From: an uncultured virus (IMG/VR IMGVR_UViG_3300032562_000011)
Taxonomy: Duplodnaviria > Heunggongvirae > Uroviricota > Caudoviricetes
IMG/VR virus record: IMGVR_UViG_3300032562_000011
Strand: one strand, 5' to 3'
DNA length: 32,265 nucleotides
The first letter of the stretch is position 1, and each line of letters starts with the position of its first letter. Positions 17,980-26,140 of the stretch are shown piece by piece. The translations under genes and the position numbers were made by a program. The notes beneath the pieces were generated by a model, which was given only the letters and a program-made list of their open reading frames with translations, was not told the origin of the DNA and ran no database searches.

Positions 17980-18267
17980 GCTGCCTCAAACCTAACTAAA
18001 TTTGATAAGAGCAATCCAGAGCACGTTAAGGCTATCAAAGGCGAAGACAAAGATGGATTTACCTCTGGCGGTAAAGACGTCAAGATTCACGCAGGCGGTT
18101 ACTTCTCCAAGACTAGCCCCTCAAAAAATCCAACGAGTGATGGCGGCAAGAAGGCAGTAGCCAAGAAGGTTGCTACACCTCGTAAGTTGAAGGCTGTACC
18201 TATGGCTGAAACGCCTGCCACAGCCAAGAAGGCTCCTGCTAAGAAGGCTGCTCCTAAAAAGAAGTAA
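17977..18267 (+). CDS. Lys/Ala-rich protein with histone H1/HupB-like tail
   Basis: C-terminus TAKKAPAKKAAPKKK, plus GGKKAVAKKVATPRK. Confidence 0.7.
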   Translation: MAASNLTKFDKSNPEHVKAIKGEDKDGFTSGGKDVKIHAGGYFSKTSPSKNPTSDGGKKAVAKKVATPRKLKAVPMAETPATAKKAPAKKAAPKKK

Positions 18268-18291
18268 CCTTTTTGTGCTAAGATTAGCCCC

Positions 18292-18843
18292 ATGTCTGAC
18301 ACATTAGAAAACGAGTATATCCTCCTACTTGTATGCAAAACATGCAAGACCATTGAGGAAATTCCGTACCAAAAATCGGGTAAATATCTAGGCGACGGAA
18401 AGTACGACCAAACAGACAACCCCTTTTTAGCTAAGGCTATCGGACCTTGCGAGAGCAAAGGTCATATGGGCATGCTTACAGACGTTAACTTCGTTTATTG
18501 GATGACTCCAAAGGTTAAAGAGTCCATCATTGCTCAAATTAAAGACACATTTACAAATGGCGCAAACATGGCCTCTGGCCTTGACGTATTTGGAACTAAT
18601 TTCTACGACCTAAAAGATACCTATTCCGCAGATGCTATGTCTTGTTGGAAACTGCACAACAGTCCTAAAGGCCAATGCTCTGACTACAAGGCTGAACGTA
18701 AACTTCTGGATGCAGGAACAGGTGCTGAACGACGCGCCGAGGGCCTAGGCAAATCTAATATTAAGGTCTATTTGTGCGATTTTTGCCCTGTAAAGATGTA
18801 TAACCAGCAGAAAGCCTATAAAGAGCGCGGGTTGTACGAGTAA
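18292..18843 (+). CDS. Cys-rich putative zinc-binding protein
   Basis: CKTC, C-x4-H, C-x3-H-x6-C, CDFC. Confidence 0.75.
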   Translation: MSDTLENEYILLLVCKTCKTIEEIPYQKSGKYLGDGKYDQTDNPFLAKAIGPCESKGHMGMLTDVNFVYWMTPKVKESIIAQIKDTFTNGANMASGLDVFGTNFYDLKDTYSADAMSCWKLHNSPKGQCSDYKAERKLLDAGTGAERRAEGLGKSNIKVYLCDFCPVKMYNQQKAYKERGLYE

Positions 18844-18908
18844 ACTTTGGGTCACCTTTCCCTGTAACGCTTGGCTATACTGTACATACAGACCAAGAGG
18901 GAGATTCC

Positions 18909-19115
18909 ATGTTCGTAGAAATGACATGTCAATGTGGAGCCTCATTCCAGATGGACGCAGGGGATAACACATCTATAGTTGAACTTTGGGCGCACTCATT
19001 TGTTAATGCACATCACGAATGCGGTTATATGTCCACGCCATTACGCGCGGATACTGAAGAAAAGATGAAGCGTTACGACGTTATCTACAAGGAACCGCGC
19101 GAAAAAGAACTATAA
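18909..19115 (+). CDS. small protein with CxC and HHEC
   Basis: GAGGGAG RBS; TATACT at 18876-18881 upstream. Confidence 0.7.
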   Translation: MFVEMTCQCGASFQMDAGDNTSIVELWAHSFVNAHHECGYMSTPLRADTEEKMKRYDVIYKEPREKEL

Positions 19116-19122
19116 TTAGTAA

Positions 19123-20052
19123 ATGGATTTCTATACATCACTAGTTGCTAACGCGACCCCAATAGGTATAGAGCCTGCTGAGACTTCGTACTTCAGTGCT
19201 CCTGGAGCTGGGCTCGACCCTCGTTTATTTAGAGACAATAAGCTACTTCCTGTTATGCGCTCGGCTATTCTACGTATTCTATTTGAACACCTTAATCAGT
19301 ATTACAGTAGCCCTGAAGCGTACTGCACCGTCTGGTTAGCTGGTTCTGGCGTGAGCTACCAATGGGCAGCTGCACGGCAGCCTGCGGATTTAGATTGCCT
19401 TATCGGCGTAAACTATTTGAAGTTTAGACAGGCTAATCAACAGTATAAAGCCTTGAGTGACCAGCAGATTGCGGATATGTTTAATGAAGATTTCCGAAAG
19501 CACCTGCACCCGTTAACTAATAACTTTTTTAATACCTACGAACTTACTTTCTTTGTAAATGTTAAAACAGATATCCGCGCGTTAAAGCCATACGCCGCCT
19601 ATTCAGTAACCAATGACGACTGGACAGTTGCGCCAGAAACAAAAGCGCCTCCACACAGCGCCGCCATGGAGCAAAAGGTTGCCAAAGATTTGTCTATGAC
19701 AACAGAGATTCTATCCAGATACGCAGATGCGTTAAATAAACTCGGTAATGCAACTACTGATAATGCCCGTAGAAACGCGGAATCTGCATTAAAGTTAGCG
19801 ATTGACCAAGGCTCCGCACTGTTTGATGATATTCATTATGGCCGCCGAAACGCTTTCAATCCTTCTGGTGGTGGTTACACTGATATTGCTAACTACCGTT
19901 GGCAAGCAGGAAAGCGCGCTGGAAGCATACAAGCCCTGAGTAAGTTAAAAGAGGTTTCCGTCAAAGGTCGTAAAGACTTTGAGGCTCAGACATACGGCAT
20001 GGAACTTCCAGACACCAATACCTTAATTCGTAGGGCTGTCGGAGGACGTTAA
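19123..20052 (+). CDS. Pol-beta superfamily nucleotidyltransferase
   Basis: WLAGS-x13-DLDCLI signature with a third acidic residue in YELTFFV; helical C-terminal domain. Confidence 0.75.
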   Translation: MDFYTSLVANATPIGIEPAETSYFSAPGAGLDPRLFRDNKLLPVMRSAILRILFEHLNQYYSSPEAYCTVWLAGSGVSYQWAAARQPADLDCLIGVNYLKFRQANQQYKALSDQQIADMFNEDFRKHLHPLTNNFFNTYELTFFVNVKTDIRALKPYAAYSVTNDDWTVAPETKAPPHSAAMEQKVAKDLSMTTEILSRYADALNKLGNATTDNARRNAESALKLAIDQGSALFDDIHYGRRNAFNPSGGGYTDIANYRWQAGKRAGSIQALSKLKEVSVKGRKDFEAQTYGMELPDTNTLIRRAVGGR

Positions 20053-20153
20053 TGTGCGCGGTTCAGGAATATAATATTACTGAATTAGCGGATGTGTTTA
20101 ACACAACAATAGATGACGCCGCTGACTTCATATACACATCCATTGTCGTCTGA
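20052..20153 (+). CDS. 33-aa acidic peptide (not in ORF track)
   Basis: MCAVQEYNITELADVFNTTIDDAADFIYTSIVV*; GGAGG at 20041-20045, TAATG coupling. Confidence 0.6.
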   Translation: MCAVQEYNITELADVFNTTIDDAADFIYTSIVV

Positions 20154-20172
20154 TTAATGGTAGGGTTCCACC

Positions 20173-20640
20173 GTGGCTACACTAGTATTTATAGATGAGG
20201 TTTTGCGCAGTCAAACTGGCGCCCCTATACCTCAGGGTATTGCTCTGTTTCGCACTCTAAAGGAAAGAGAACGCGTTCTTATCCTTTCTAAAGATAAGGC
20301 TAGAGATGATGTTTGGCTGAAAGCCCACAAGATTAACTTTGTAGATGACCTAATAGGATTAGAGTCAGTAACCTTTACAGATTTTCCAGAGTGGCGCCTC
20401 GTTGAGTACTGTCGCGGGCAATGGCATATAGACATGGTTATAACATCTAACCCAGAGCTGGCGACTAAACTGCTCACAGTAGGCATCACTACTCTAATGT
20501 TTTTACACCCTGTTTATATTACAGAACGTTTTCGCCCAGATAGCCGCACGGGTGTCCGTGCTTGGGAGTCTATTTCAAAAGAGATAGCCACCCAACAAGA
20601 AGCCTTTATTGACGACCACAGACTAAACCGAGACATATGA
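20173..20640 (+). CDS. HAD-fold-like protein with degenerate catalytic motifs
   Basis: LVFIDEVLR (cf. hhhDhDGVL), PIPQGIALFRTL, VLILS, WLKAHKI, MVITSNP...GITTL follow the capless HAD layout. Confidence 0.5.
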   Translation: MATLVFIDEVLRSQTGAPIPQGIALFRTLKERERVLILSKDKARDDVWLKAHKINFVDDLIGLESVTFTDFPEWRLVEYCRGQWHIDMVITSNPELATKLLTVGITTLMFLHPVYITERFRPDSRTGVRAWESISKEIATQQEAFIDDHRLNRDI

Positions 20641-22076
20641 CTCGGATTGTCTATTTAGGTGCTGAGGTTCCTAGTAATCGTATCTTGCTTGAAAGTGCGG
20701 GCGTTCGCCATGTCGGTTTCAGTTTCTACCGCCTATTGCGCCGCGGCATCCCTAAAAAGGGATACAGATTAGAAGACCATTTTGACGACGGGGTTCAGAT
20801 TTATCTACACCCTGGCCTACCCGCTGACCCCGCTATTCCTTTTGATGAGTTCTCGGACTTGTACGAGGGGTTCGTGGCAGAGAACATTGATAGGGTAACC
20901 CTATTCACGGAGATAGATTCAGATAACCTAGCCTATGTAGAGAACCAAAGAAAGACCTGTTGGTCTGAAGTTCCCCCAGGTAAGTTCCTCCCAGTTTGGA
21001 ACCCAAGCACGGGGTTCAGTAATCTTAATCTAATGGCAGAACGCTACTTAGATATAGGAATCCCAGGCTCCTCCTTTGATGACCCCCAGACTGCTGTGGT
21101 GGTTAGAAACCTCACCCGTCAGGGTACTAGATTTCATATCTTAGGCTCGGCTAAGCCCGACCTACTACGCAATGTTCCAGCTGAGACCACAAGTACGCTA
21201 TCATGGCTGTCCCCAATGATGAATGGCGAGACCATAGTCTGGGACGGTGTGAAATTGATGCGCTACCCCAAGCGCATGAAAGACCAAGCCCGAACTAGAT
21301 ATAGAAATGTCTATACAAAGGCTGGCTTAGATGTTGATAAGATACTAGAAGATGACCCCAAAGAAGTATGCCGTTTGGCGCTCTGGTCATACCAGCAATA
21401 TGAAGCGAGGAACAACGGAGTGAATAACAATGACGACTTCTTATCAGATAATAGCGAGGGAAATGAAGTAGCAACTAATGCGGAAACTACCCCCTCCCAT
21501 ATTGATAAGAAGCCCCTAGAGACACGGAAACTTGAAGCACGATTACCGCATGAAATGGGCAATCTACCTATCTTCGGATACGACGTAAAAGCCGTTGTTA
21601 ATGATGATGGAGTCATAGAAGATGTGACCTCTGTGCGTTCACAATCTACTAGTCTTAGGGCATGTGATACCTGTTTCGTAGCCTCTAATTGTCCCGCTTT
21701 CAAGCCGCAAACAATGTGCGCTTTCAATCTACCAGTAGAGGTAAAGACCAAAGACCAACTAAAGGCACTACTCAATGCAATCATTGAAATGCAGGGTCAA
21801 AGGGTCGCTTTTATGCGATTTGCAGAAGAAATGAGTGGTGGGTATGCTGACCCCAACGTTTCTCAGGAGATTGACCGCCTCTTTAAGTTGATTAAAACAA
21901 CCAAAGAATTGGACGATTCAAGAGAGTTTATCCGCATGACGGTAGAGCGACAAGGCTCTGCAGGAGTGCTATCCTCCATCTTCGGAGATAAGGCCAACGT
22001 CTTAAAAGAACTCCCTAATGACGGTCTAAACGAAGAGCAAACGACCAAGATTATAAGAGATTTAACCGAAGAATAA
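20637..22076 (+). CDS. two-domain protein: TGT/DpdA-like barrel + Cys-cluster/helical C-terminal domain
   Basis: GFSFY, IYLHPG, FTEID, FLPVWN, IGIPG, RFHILG...LLRNVP...STLSW follow the strand order of phage TGT-like proteins; C-terminal CDTC-x5-C-x8-C. Confidence 0.45.
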   Translation: MTRIVYLGAEVPSNRILLESAGVRHVGFSFYRLLRRGIPKKGYRLEDHFDDGVQIYLHPGLPADPAIPFDEFSDLYEGFVAENIDRVTLFTEIDSDNLAYVENQRKTCWSEVPPGKFLPVWNPSTGFSNLNLMAERYLDIGIPGSSFDDPQTAVVVRNLTRQGTRFHILGSAKPDLLRNVPAETTSTLSWLSPMMNGETIVWDGVKLMRYPKRMKDQARTRYRNVYTKAGLDVDKILEDDPKEVCRLALWSYQQYEARNNGVNNNDDFLSDNSEGNEVATNAETTPSHIDKKPLETRKLEARLPHEMGNLPIFGYDVKAVVNDDGVIEDVTSVRSQSTSLRACDTCFVASNCPAFKPQTMCAFNLPVEVKTKDQLKALLNAIIEMQGQRVAFMRFAEEMSGGYADPNVSQEIDRLFKLIKTTKELDDSREFIRMTVERQGSAGVLSSIFGDKANVLKELPNDGLNEEQTTKIIRDLTEE

Positions 22077-22189
22077 GATTTCCTCTTAGCATATAAGAGA
22101 GGGGTAGCGGATATTGGAACTATATACTCCGTGAACTACGACTAATAAGCACCTAGACTATAAATCCATAACTGACGAACGGGGAAAAA

Positions 22190-24256
22190 GTGGCTTTATC
22201 ATTTCATTTAGCAGACGATTACGTGGCAGGGTACCGCAGTAAGAAAGTGCCTTGGGGATACCAAGATGCCGCTGGAAACTCGGTGGGAGAGATTACTTTC
22301 CTACGTACCTATTCCCGTATCAAAGAGGATGGCACCAAAGAGACTTGGGTAGATGTGTGTGAGCGTGTCATCAACGGCATGTATTCTTTACAGAAAGACC
22401 ACGCTAAGGCTAACCGACTTCCTTGGAATGATTCCAAGGCACAAGCCTCAGCCAAGGAGGCGTTTGACCGCTTATTTAATCTGAAGTGGACACCCCCAGG
22501 ACGTGGACTATGGGTTATGGGAACCCCAATCGTGAACGAGCAACGAAATTCGGCTGCTCTTCAGAACTGCTCGTTTGTATCAACCTCTTCAATGACAAAG
22601 AACGACCCTTCCAAACCATTCGCCTTCCTTATGGAAGCAAGCATGCTAGGCGTCGGTGTTGGCTTCGACCAAAAAGGCGCAGATAAGGATTTTACAATCT
22701 ATGAGCCACAAAACGGAGAAACCTATGTCATCCCAGATACCCGTGAAGGTTGGGTCGAGTCCTTCTCTGCCATCCTCAATAGTTACCTTAGACCAGATAC
22801 GAAGAGCCCTGTCTTTGACTACAGCCAAATCCGCCCAGAAGGAACTCCAATTAAAACCTTTGGAGGAACTGCCGCAGGACACGAGCCATTAGAAAACCTT
22901 CATAATCATATTCGCCGCATATTCAAAGACCGCGCGGGAGAGAAATTGACCCGTTTGGATATCGCAGATATCGGTAATCTAATTGGAGTTTGCGTAGTAT
23001 CTGGCAACGTCCGTCGCTCAGCAGAACTTCTAATGGGAAAGCTGGATGACGAAGAGTTTCTTAATCTGAAGAATGCCGAAGTCTATCCAGAGCGTAACTC
23101 TTACAACCCAGAAGCTCCTGGTTGGGCTTGGATGTCTAACAACTCAGTTGAGGTTAGCGTCGGTTCTAATTTAGATTCTATTGTTGATGGTATTGCCCGT
23201 AATGGTGAGCCTGGGGTTATCTGGATGGATGTGACTCGTAAATACGGTCGTCTAGCAGACCCAATCAACAATAAAGATTGGCGCGCGGCTGGGTACAACC
23301 CTTGCGCAGAACAGTCTCTTGAATCCTATGAGTGCTGTACTCTGGTTGAAACTTACCTCAACCGCCACGATTCTATTGAAGACTTCAAGCGGACTCTCAA
23401 GTTTGCTTATCTCTATGCCAAGACCGTAACTCTTCTGCCAACTCACTGGGAGGAGACCAACGCGATTATGCAACGTAACCGCCGTATCGGTACCTCTATC
23501 TCAGGTGTCGCTGACTTCGCTGACAATCGTGGTCTACCAGCCTTGCGCCAGTGGATGGACGAGGGTTACGCCACTATCCAACAGTACGATAAGGGTTACT
23601 CAGAGTGGCTCGGTATCCGTGAATCCATTAAGACTACTACTGTCAAGCCTTCAGGAACAGTCTCTATTCTTGCAGGCGAAAGCCCAGGGGTTCACTGGTC
23701 AGTAGGCGGTAAATACTTCCTTCGTGCTATTAGATTCCGCAACGAAGACCCTCAACTTCCTCTCTTCCGTATGGCCCAGTATCGTATTGAAGCGGCCAGC
23801 GAGGACCCAAAGAATACTTCTGTGGTGTTCTTTCCAGTTGAATCTAATTCTAAACGCTCCGAGAAAGACGTCTCTATCTATGAGAAGGTTGCTCTCGCAG
23901 CGACGGCGCAACGCTACTGGAGCGATAACTCTGTCTCTGTAACAGTCTCTTTCAACCCTGAGACGGAATCTAAAGATGTTGGCACTGTTCTACATCTATA
24001 TGACGGTCAGTTGAAGACGGTCTCTTTCCTACCATCAGGAAATACTATCTACCCTCAAATGCCGTATACCCAAATTACTGCGGAAGAGTACGAGGCTTAT
24101 CGTATGACTCTCTTTCATATTGACTTCGCTGGTGTCTACGCTGGTATGGCTATGGACGCTATCGGTGAGGCTTTTTGTAGCACAGACGCATGCGAAGTTA
24201 AAATGATTACAGACGTAAAGCCAGGAGAAATTATCACAAGTAAAACAACAGATTAG
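22190..24256 (+). CDS. nrdJ: class II (adenosylcobalamin-dependent) ribonucleotide reductase
   Basis: PPGRGLW, ALQNC, GVGF, VSGNVRRSA, SNNS, NPCAEQSL, TTVKPSGTVS, DNSVS, C-terminal CSTDAC; no small subunit nearby. Confidence 0.95.
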   Translation: MALSFHLADDYVAGYRSKKVPWGYQDAAGNSVGEITFLRTYSRIKEDGTKETWVDVCERVINGMYSLQKDHAKANRLPWNDSKAQASAKEAFDRLFNLKWTPPGRGLWVMGTPIVNEQRNSAALQNCSFVSTSSMTKNDPSKPFAFLMEASMLGVGVGFDQKGADKDFTIYEPQNGETYVIPDTREGWVESFSAILNSYLRPDTKSPVFDYSQIRPEGTPIKTFGGTAAGHEPLENLHNHIRRIFKDRAGEKLTRLDIADIGNLIGVCVVSGNVRRSAELLMGKLDDEEFLNLKNAEVYPERNSYNPEAPGWAWMSNNSVEVSVGSNLDSIVDGIARNGEPGVIWMDVTRKYGRLADPINNKDWRAAGYNPCAEQSLESYECCTLVETYLNRHDSIEDFKRTLKFAYLYAKTVTLLPTHWEETNAIMQRNRRIGTSISGVADFADNRGLPALRQWMDEGYATIQQYDKGYSEWLGIRESIKTTTVKPSGTVSILAGESPGVHWSVGGKYFLRAIRFRNEDPQLPLFRMAQYRIEAASEDPKNTSVVFFPVESNSKRSEKDVSIYEKVALAATAQRYWSDNSVSVTVSFNPETESKDVGTVLHLYDGQLKTVSFLPSGNTIYPQMPYTQITAEEYEAYRMTLFHIDFAGVYAGMAMDAIGEAFCSTDACEVKMITDVKPGEIITSKTTD

Positions 24257-24351
24257 TAACTAATCTTTGCGATAATCTGCTAGCCTAGTGGCACCATGTC
24301 CTGGAGCATGCGGCTTAGGGTTAAGGTTCCTCCTAAAACCTATCCAGATAG

Positions 24352-24422
24352 TGGGAATAAGTGTTACGGTAGCACGTGGAGCTCCAACCTCCAAGGCACG
24401 GGTTCGACCCCTGTATTCCCTG
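24352..24422 (+). tRNA. tRNA-Trp (CCA)
   Basis: Acceptor TGGGAAT/ATTCCCT, D stem GTGT/GCAC, anticodon stem TGGAG/CTCCA with loop CTCCAAC, T stem ACGGG/CCTGT with loop TTCGACC, discriminator G; 3' CCA not encoded. Confidence 0.85.
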
Positions 24423-24515
24423 CGGTGATACACCTCCATGACTGAAAATCATGGGGGGTTGTAATTCCAAGATGAACCTATTAAACTGATAAGGGACAAT
24501 CAGTAACCGAGCATA

Positions 24516-24553
24516 GAAAAAGCCCCCCTAAACTAGGGGGGCTTTCTTTCTTT
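24516..24553. terminator. bidirectional intrinsic terminator between the convergent arms
   Basis: GAAAAAGCCCCCCTA-AAC-TAGGGGGGCTTTCTTTCTTT, with an A-run before and T-run after. Confidence 0.9.
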
Positions 24554-24649
24554 CGGCGCAGGTACGGCTCGCTCGGAAGGGTTGAGGTCTTGACCGTCCT
24601 TAGTAGGAACGAGTGGAAACTACTTTAACGCCCCTCTTAAAAATCTCTC

Positions 24650-24751
24650 TTATTCGTCGTCCTCTTCTTCAATAATCTCTTCGTCCTCAAAAGGGTCTTG
24701 ATTAGGATTGGTTATGTGCCAATCAGGAAGTCCTCCACTGATTGGGTTCAC
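24650..24751 (-). CDS. 33-aa peptide with highly acidic tail (not in ORF track)
   Basis: MNPISGGLPDWHITNPNQDPFEDEEIIEEEDDE*; GTGA overlap with the upstream gene, AAGGTGG RBS. Confidence 0.65.
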   Translation of the reverse strand: MNPISGGLPDWHITNPNQDPFEDEEIIEEEDDE

Positions 24752-25029
24752 GCTTCCACCTTAAAATCAATAGAGCCCATAAGGAAGGTAGGCTTACCGT
24801 TCTCATCTTCAATCGTAGGGGACAACTTAATTGACTTGCGTCCTGTTGTGACTAGCAATTCGCTCTTTACCCAGCGCTTACCAGCAGAGGCGTTAGACCA
24901 TGCGCTCATAACTACGTTGGAGACCTCTCCTAGTTCGTTACGTACGGCTACAGTACAGAGCCATGCGCCACTCTTTTCGGTGTTCTTTGCTAGTGAAGCA
25001 ATAAACGTATTCGTTACCTTTTTAGCCAT
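24748..25029 (-). CDS. hypothetical protein
   Basis: 93 aa ORF, AAGGA RBS. Confidence 0.75.
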   Translation of the reverse strand: MAKKVTNTFIASLAKNTEKSGAWLCTVAVRNELGEVSNVVMSAWSNASAGKRWVKSELLVTTGRKSIKLSPTIEDENGKPTFLMGSIDFKVEA

Positions 25030-25486
25030 TTGTATTCCTTCTTTCTTTGGGTGTGTAATCTACCACATTAGAGTACTGCTTGTCATCTACCACCCAAAAG
25101 TATGGCATCTCGCCATTTACATCAGGGAATTGTTCTTGATAGTACTCAGGGGCTTTTCGGATTAGATTAGATTGGTGAGACTTATGGAGTCGCTCGTCAC
25201 CTAGCCACGCGGGCATGGTTGGGGCGCCTACACAAACAAATCTCTCCAGCATGGTGTCCTTGTATCCACGCGCTATCCACTCTAGGCACATCTCTCTCCC
25301 GTAAGCATTGAGCGCGTCCTCGTACCCAGCCCACATCAAGACTGCAGGGTGGTTACGCCACCCCTTAGTCTCTCCCCGTAAGGCTTTAAGTATCTGCCAC
25401 GCTTCAACTCTCTGCCTACCTAGCCTACGGTAATCCAGCGCACGTGCTGTATCCGTAAAGTTAGGTAGCGGTAGAAAAGTTTGCAT
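25022..25486 (-). CDS. pyrimidine dimer DNA glycosylase-like (MSMEG_6728 family)
   Basis: MQTFLP...LDYRRLGRQRVEAWQIL...GWRNHPAVLMW...PAWLGD...HKSHQSNLIRK..Y...F...PYFW. Confidence 0.85.
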   Translation of the reverse strand: MQTFLPLPNFTDTARALDYRRLGRQRVEAWQILKALRGETKGWRNHPAVLMWAGYEDALNAYGREMCLEWIARGYKDTMLERFVCVGAPTMPAWLGDERLHKSHQSNLIRKAPEYYQEQFPDVNGEMPYFWVVDDKQYSNVVDYTPKERRNTNG

Positions 25487-25821
25487 TACTCAGTCTCTCT
25501 ATCTAGGCTCTCTGCATGGAGTACTGCTCGTTTATGTCCCTCTTGCGCTTGCTCTAAGGTTGAGTATCTCTCTTGATACACCTCAGACCAATCATCTTTA
25601 GGAAAGACCATAGTCTCAAATATGACTGGAGGTGCTTCGTCATTAGAACCAAGGCGCATATCTATACCAGTCCACACTGTGGATACGCGATAGTTATTTA
25701 CCTCGTAGTACCCTACGCGCTTATACGTATGGTCAGTGGTATATTCGCCCCACTGTTTAAGGCTAATCTTATTGCCCTTACGGTCGTAGCACCTATAGTC
25801 ATTCTCTTGACTACTCATCAT
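25486..25821 (-). CDS. hypothetical phage protein
   Basis: VSTVWTG...FETMVF...RYSTLEQAQEGH; coupled ORF. Confidence 0.75.
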   Translation of the reverse strand: MMSSQENDYRCYDRKGNKISLKQWGEYTTDHTYKRVGYYEVNNYRVSTVWTGIDMRLGSNDEAPPVIFETMVFPKDDWSEVYQERYSTLEQAQEGHKRAVLHAESLDRETE

Positions 25822-26137
25822 CTGACTCCTCTTTTAGAGTTGCGAACTCTCCTGAAAACCAATCTCTTGCCCATTCGCTGGCAGAGTTGTACCCATTCTC
25901 TAATGTGATAAGGGTATCGGAGGCTAGGTACGCGCTCCATACGCTCTCTACTGTAGTACCTTCTTTGAGGTCGTACTCAGTATCAGATTGAAACTCTTCT
26001 ACATAGTCTGCTAAGCATGCGTAGACAAATACGTCAGCAAACTTTGGGCGACCCTCACGATACGCATAATCATTAAGCGCTTCTAGTACCTCTTTGATAC
26101 GAAGGTCACTGCCTACTACTTCACCTAGATTACCCAT
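25811..26137 (-). CDS. hypothetical acidic protein
   Basis: 108 aa ORF, GAGGA RBS. Confidence 0.75.
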   Translation of the reverse strand: MGNLGEVVGSDLRIKEVLEALNDYAYREGRPKFADVFVYACLADYVEEFQSDTEYDLKEGTTVESVWSAYLASDTLITLENGYNSASEWARDWFSGEFATLKEESDDE

Positions 26138-26140
26138 TTT

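Noticed and set aside
19123..20052. Calling the NTase a CD-NTase (CBASS) or CCA-adding enzyme
   Set aside because: Only the generic Pol-beta motif is visible; no effector gene or family-specific motifs support a narrower call.
22110..22170. NrdR boxes upstream of nrdJ
   Set aside because: Only partial similarity (ACTATATA); no convincing tandem 16-bp palindromes.
24485..24520. Hammerhead ribozyme (CTGATAAG...GAAA)
   Set aside because: The core is CTGATAA rather than CTGANGA and the required stems cannot be formed.
24698..25165. 155-aa plus-strand ORF and the other antisense or nested ORFs in the track (e.g. 3607-4026, 21311-21784, 31291-31644)
   Set aside because: They lie opposite or inside well-supported genes and have no RBS or recognisable motifs.
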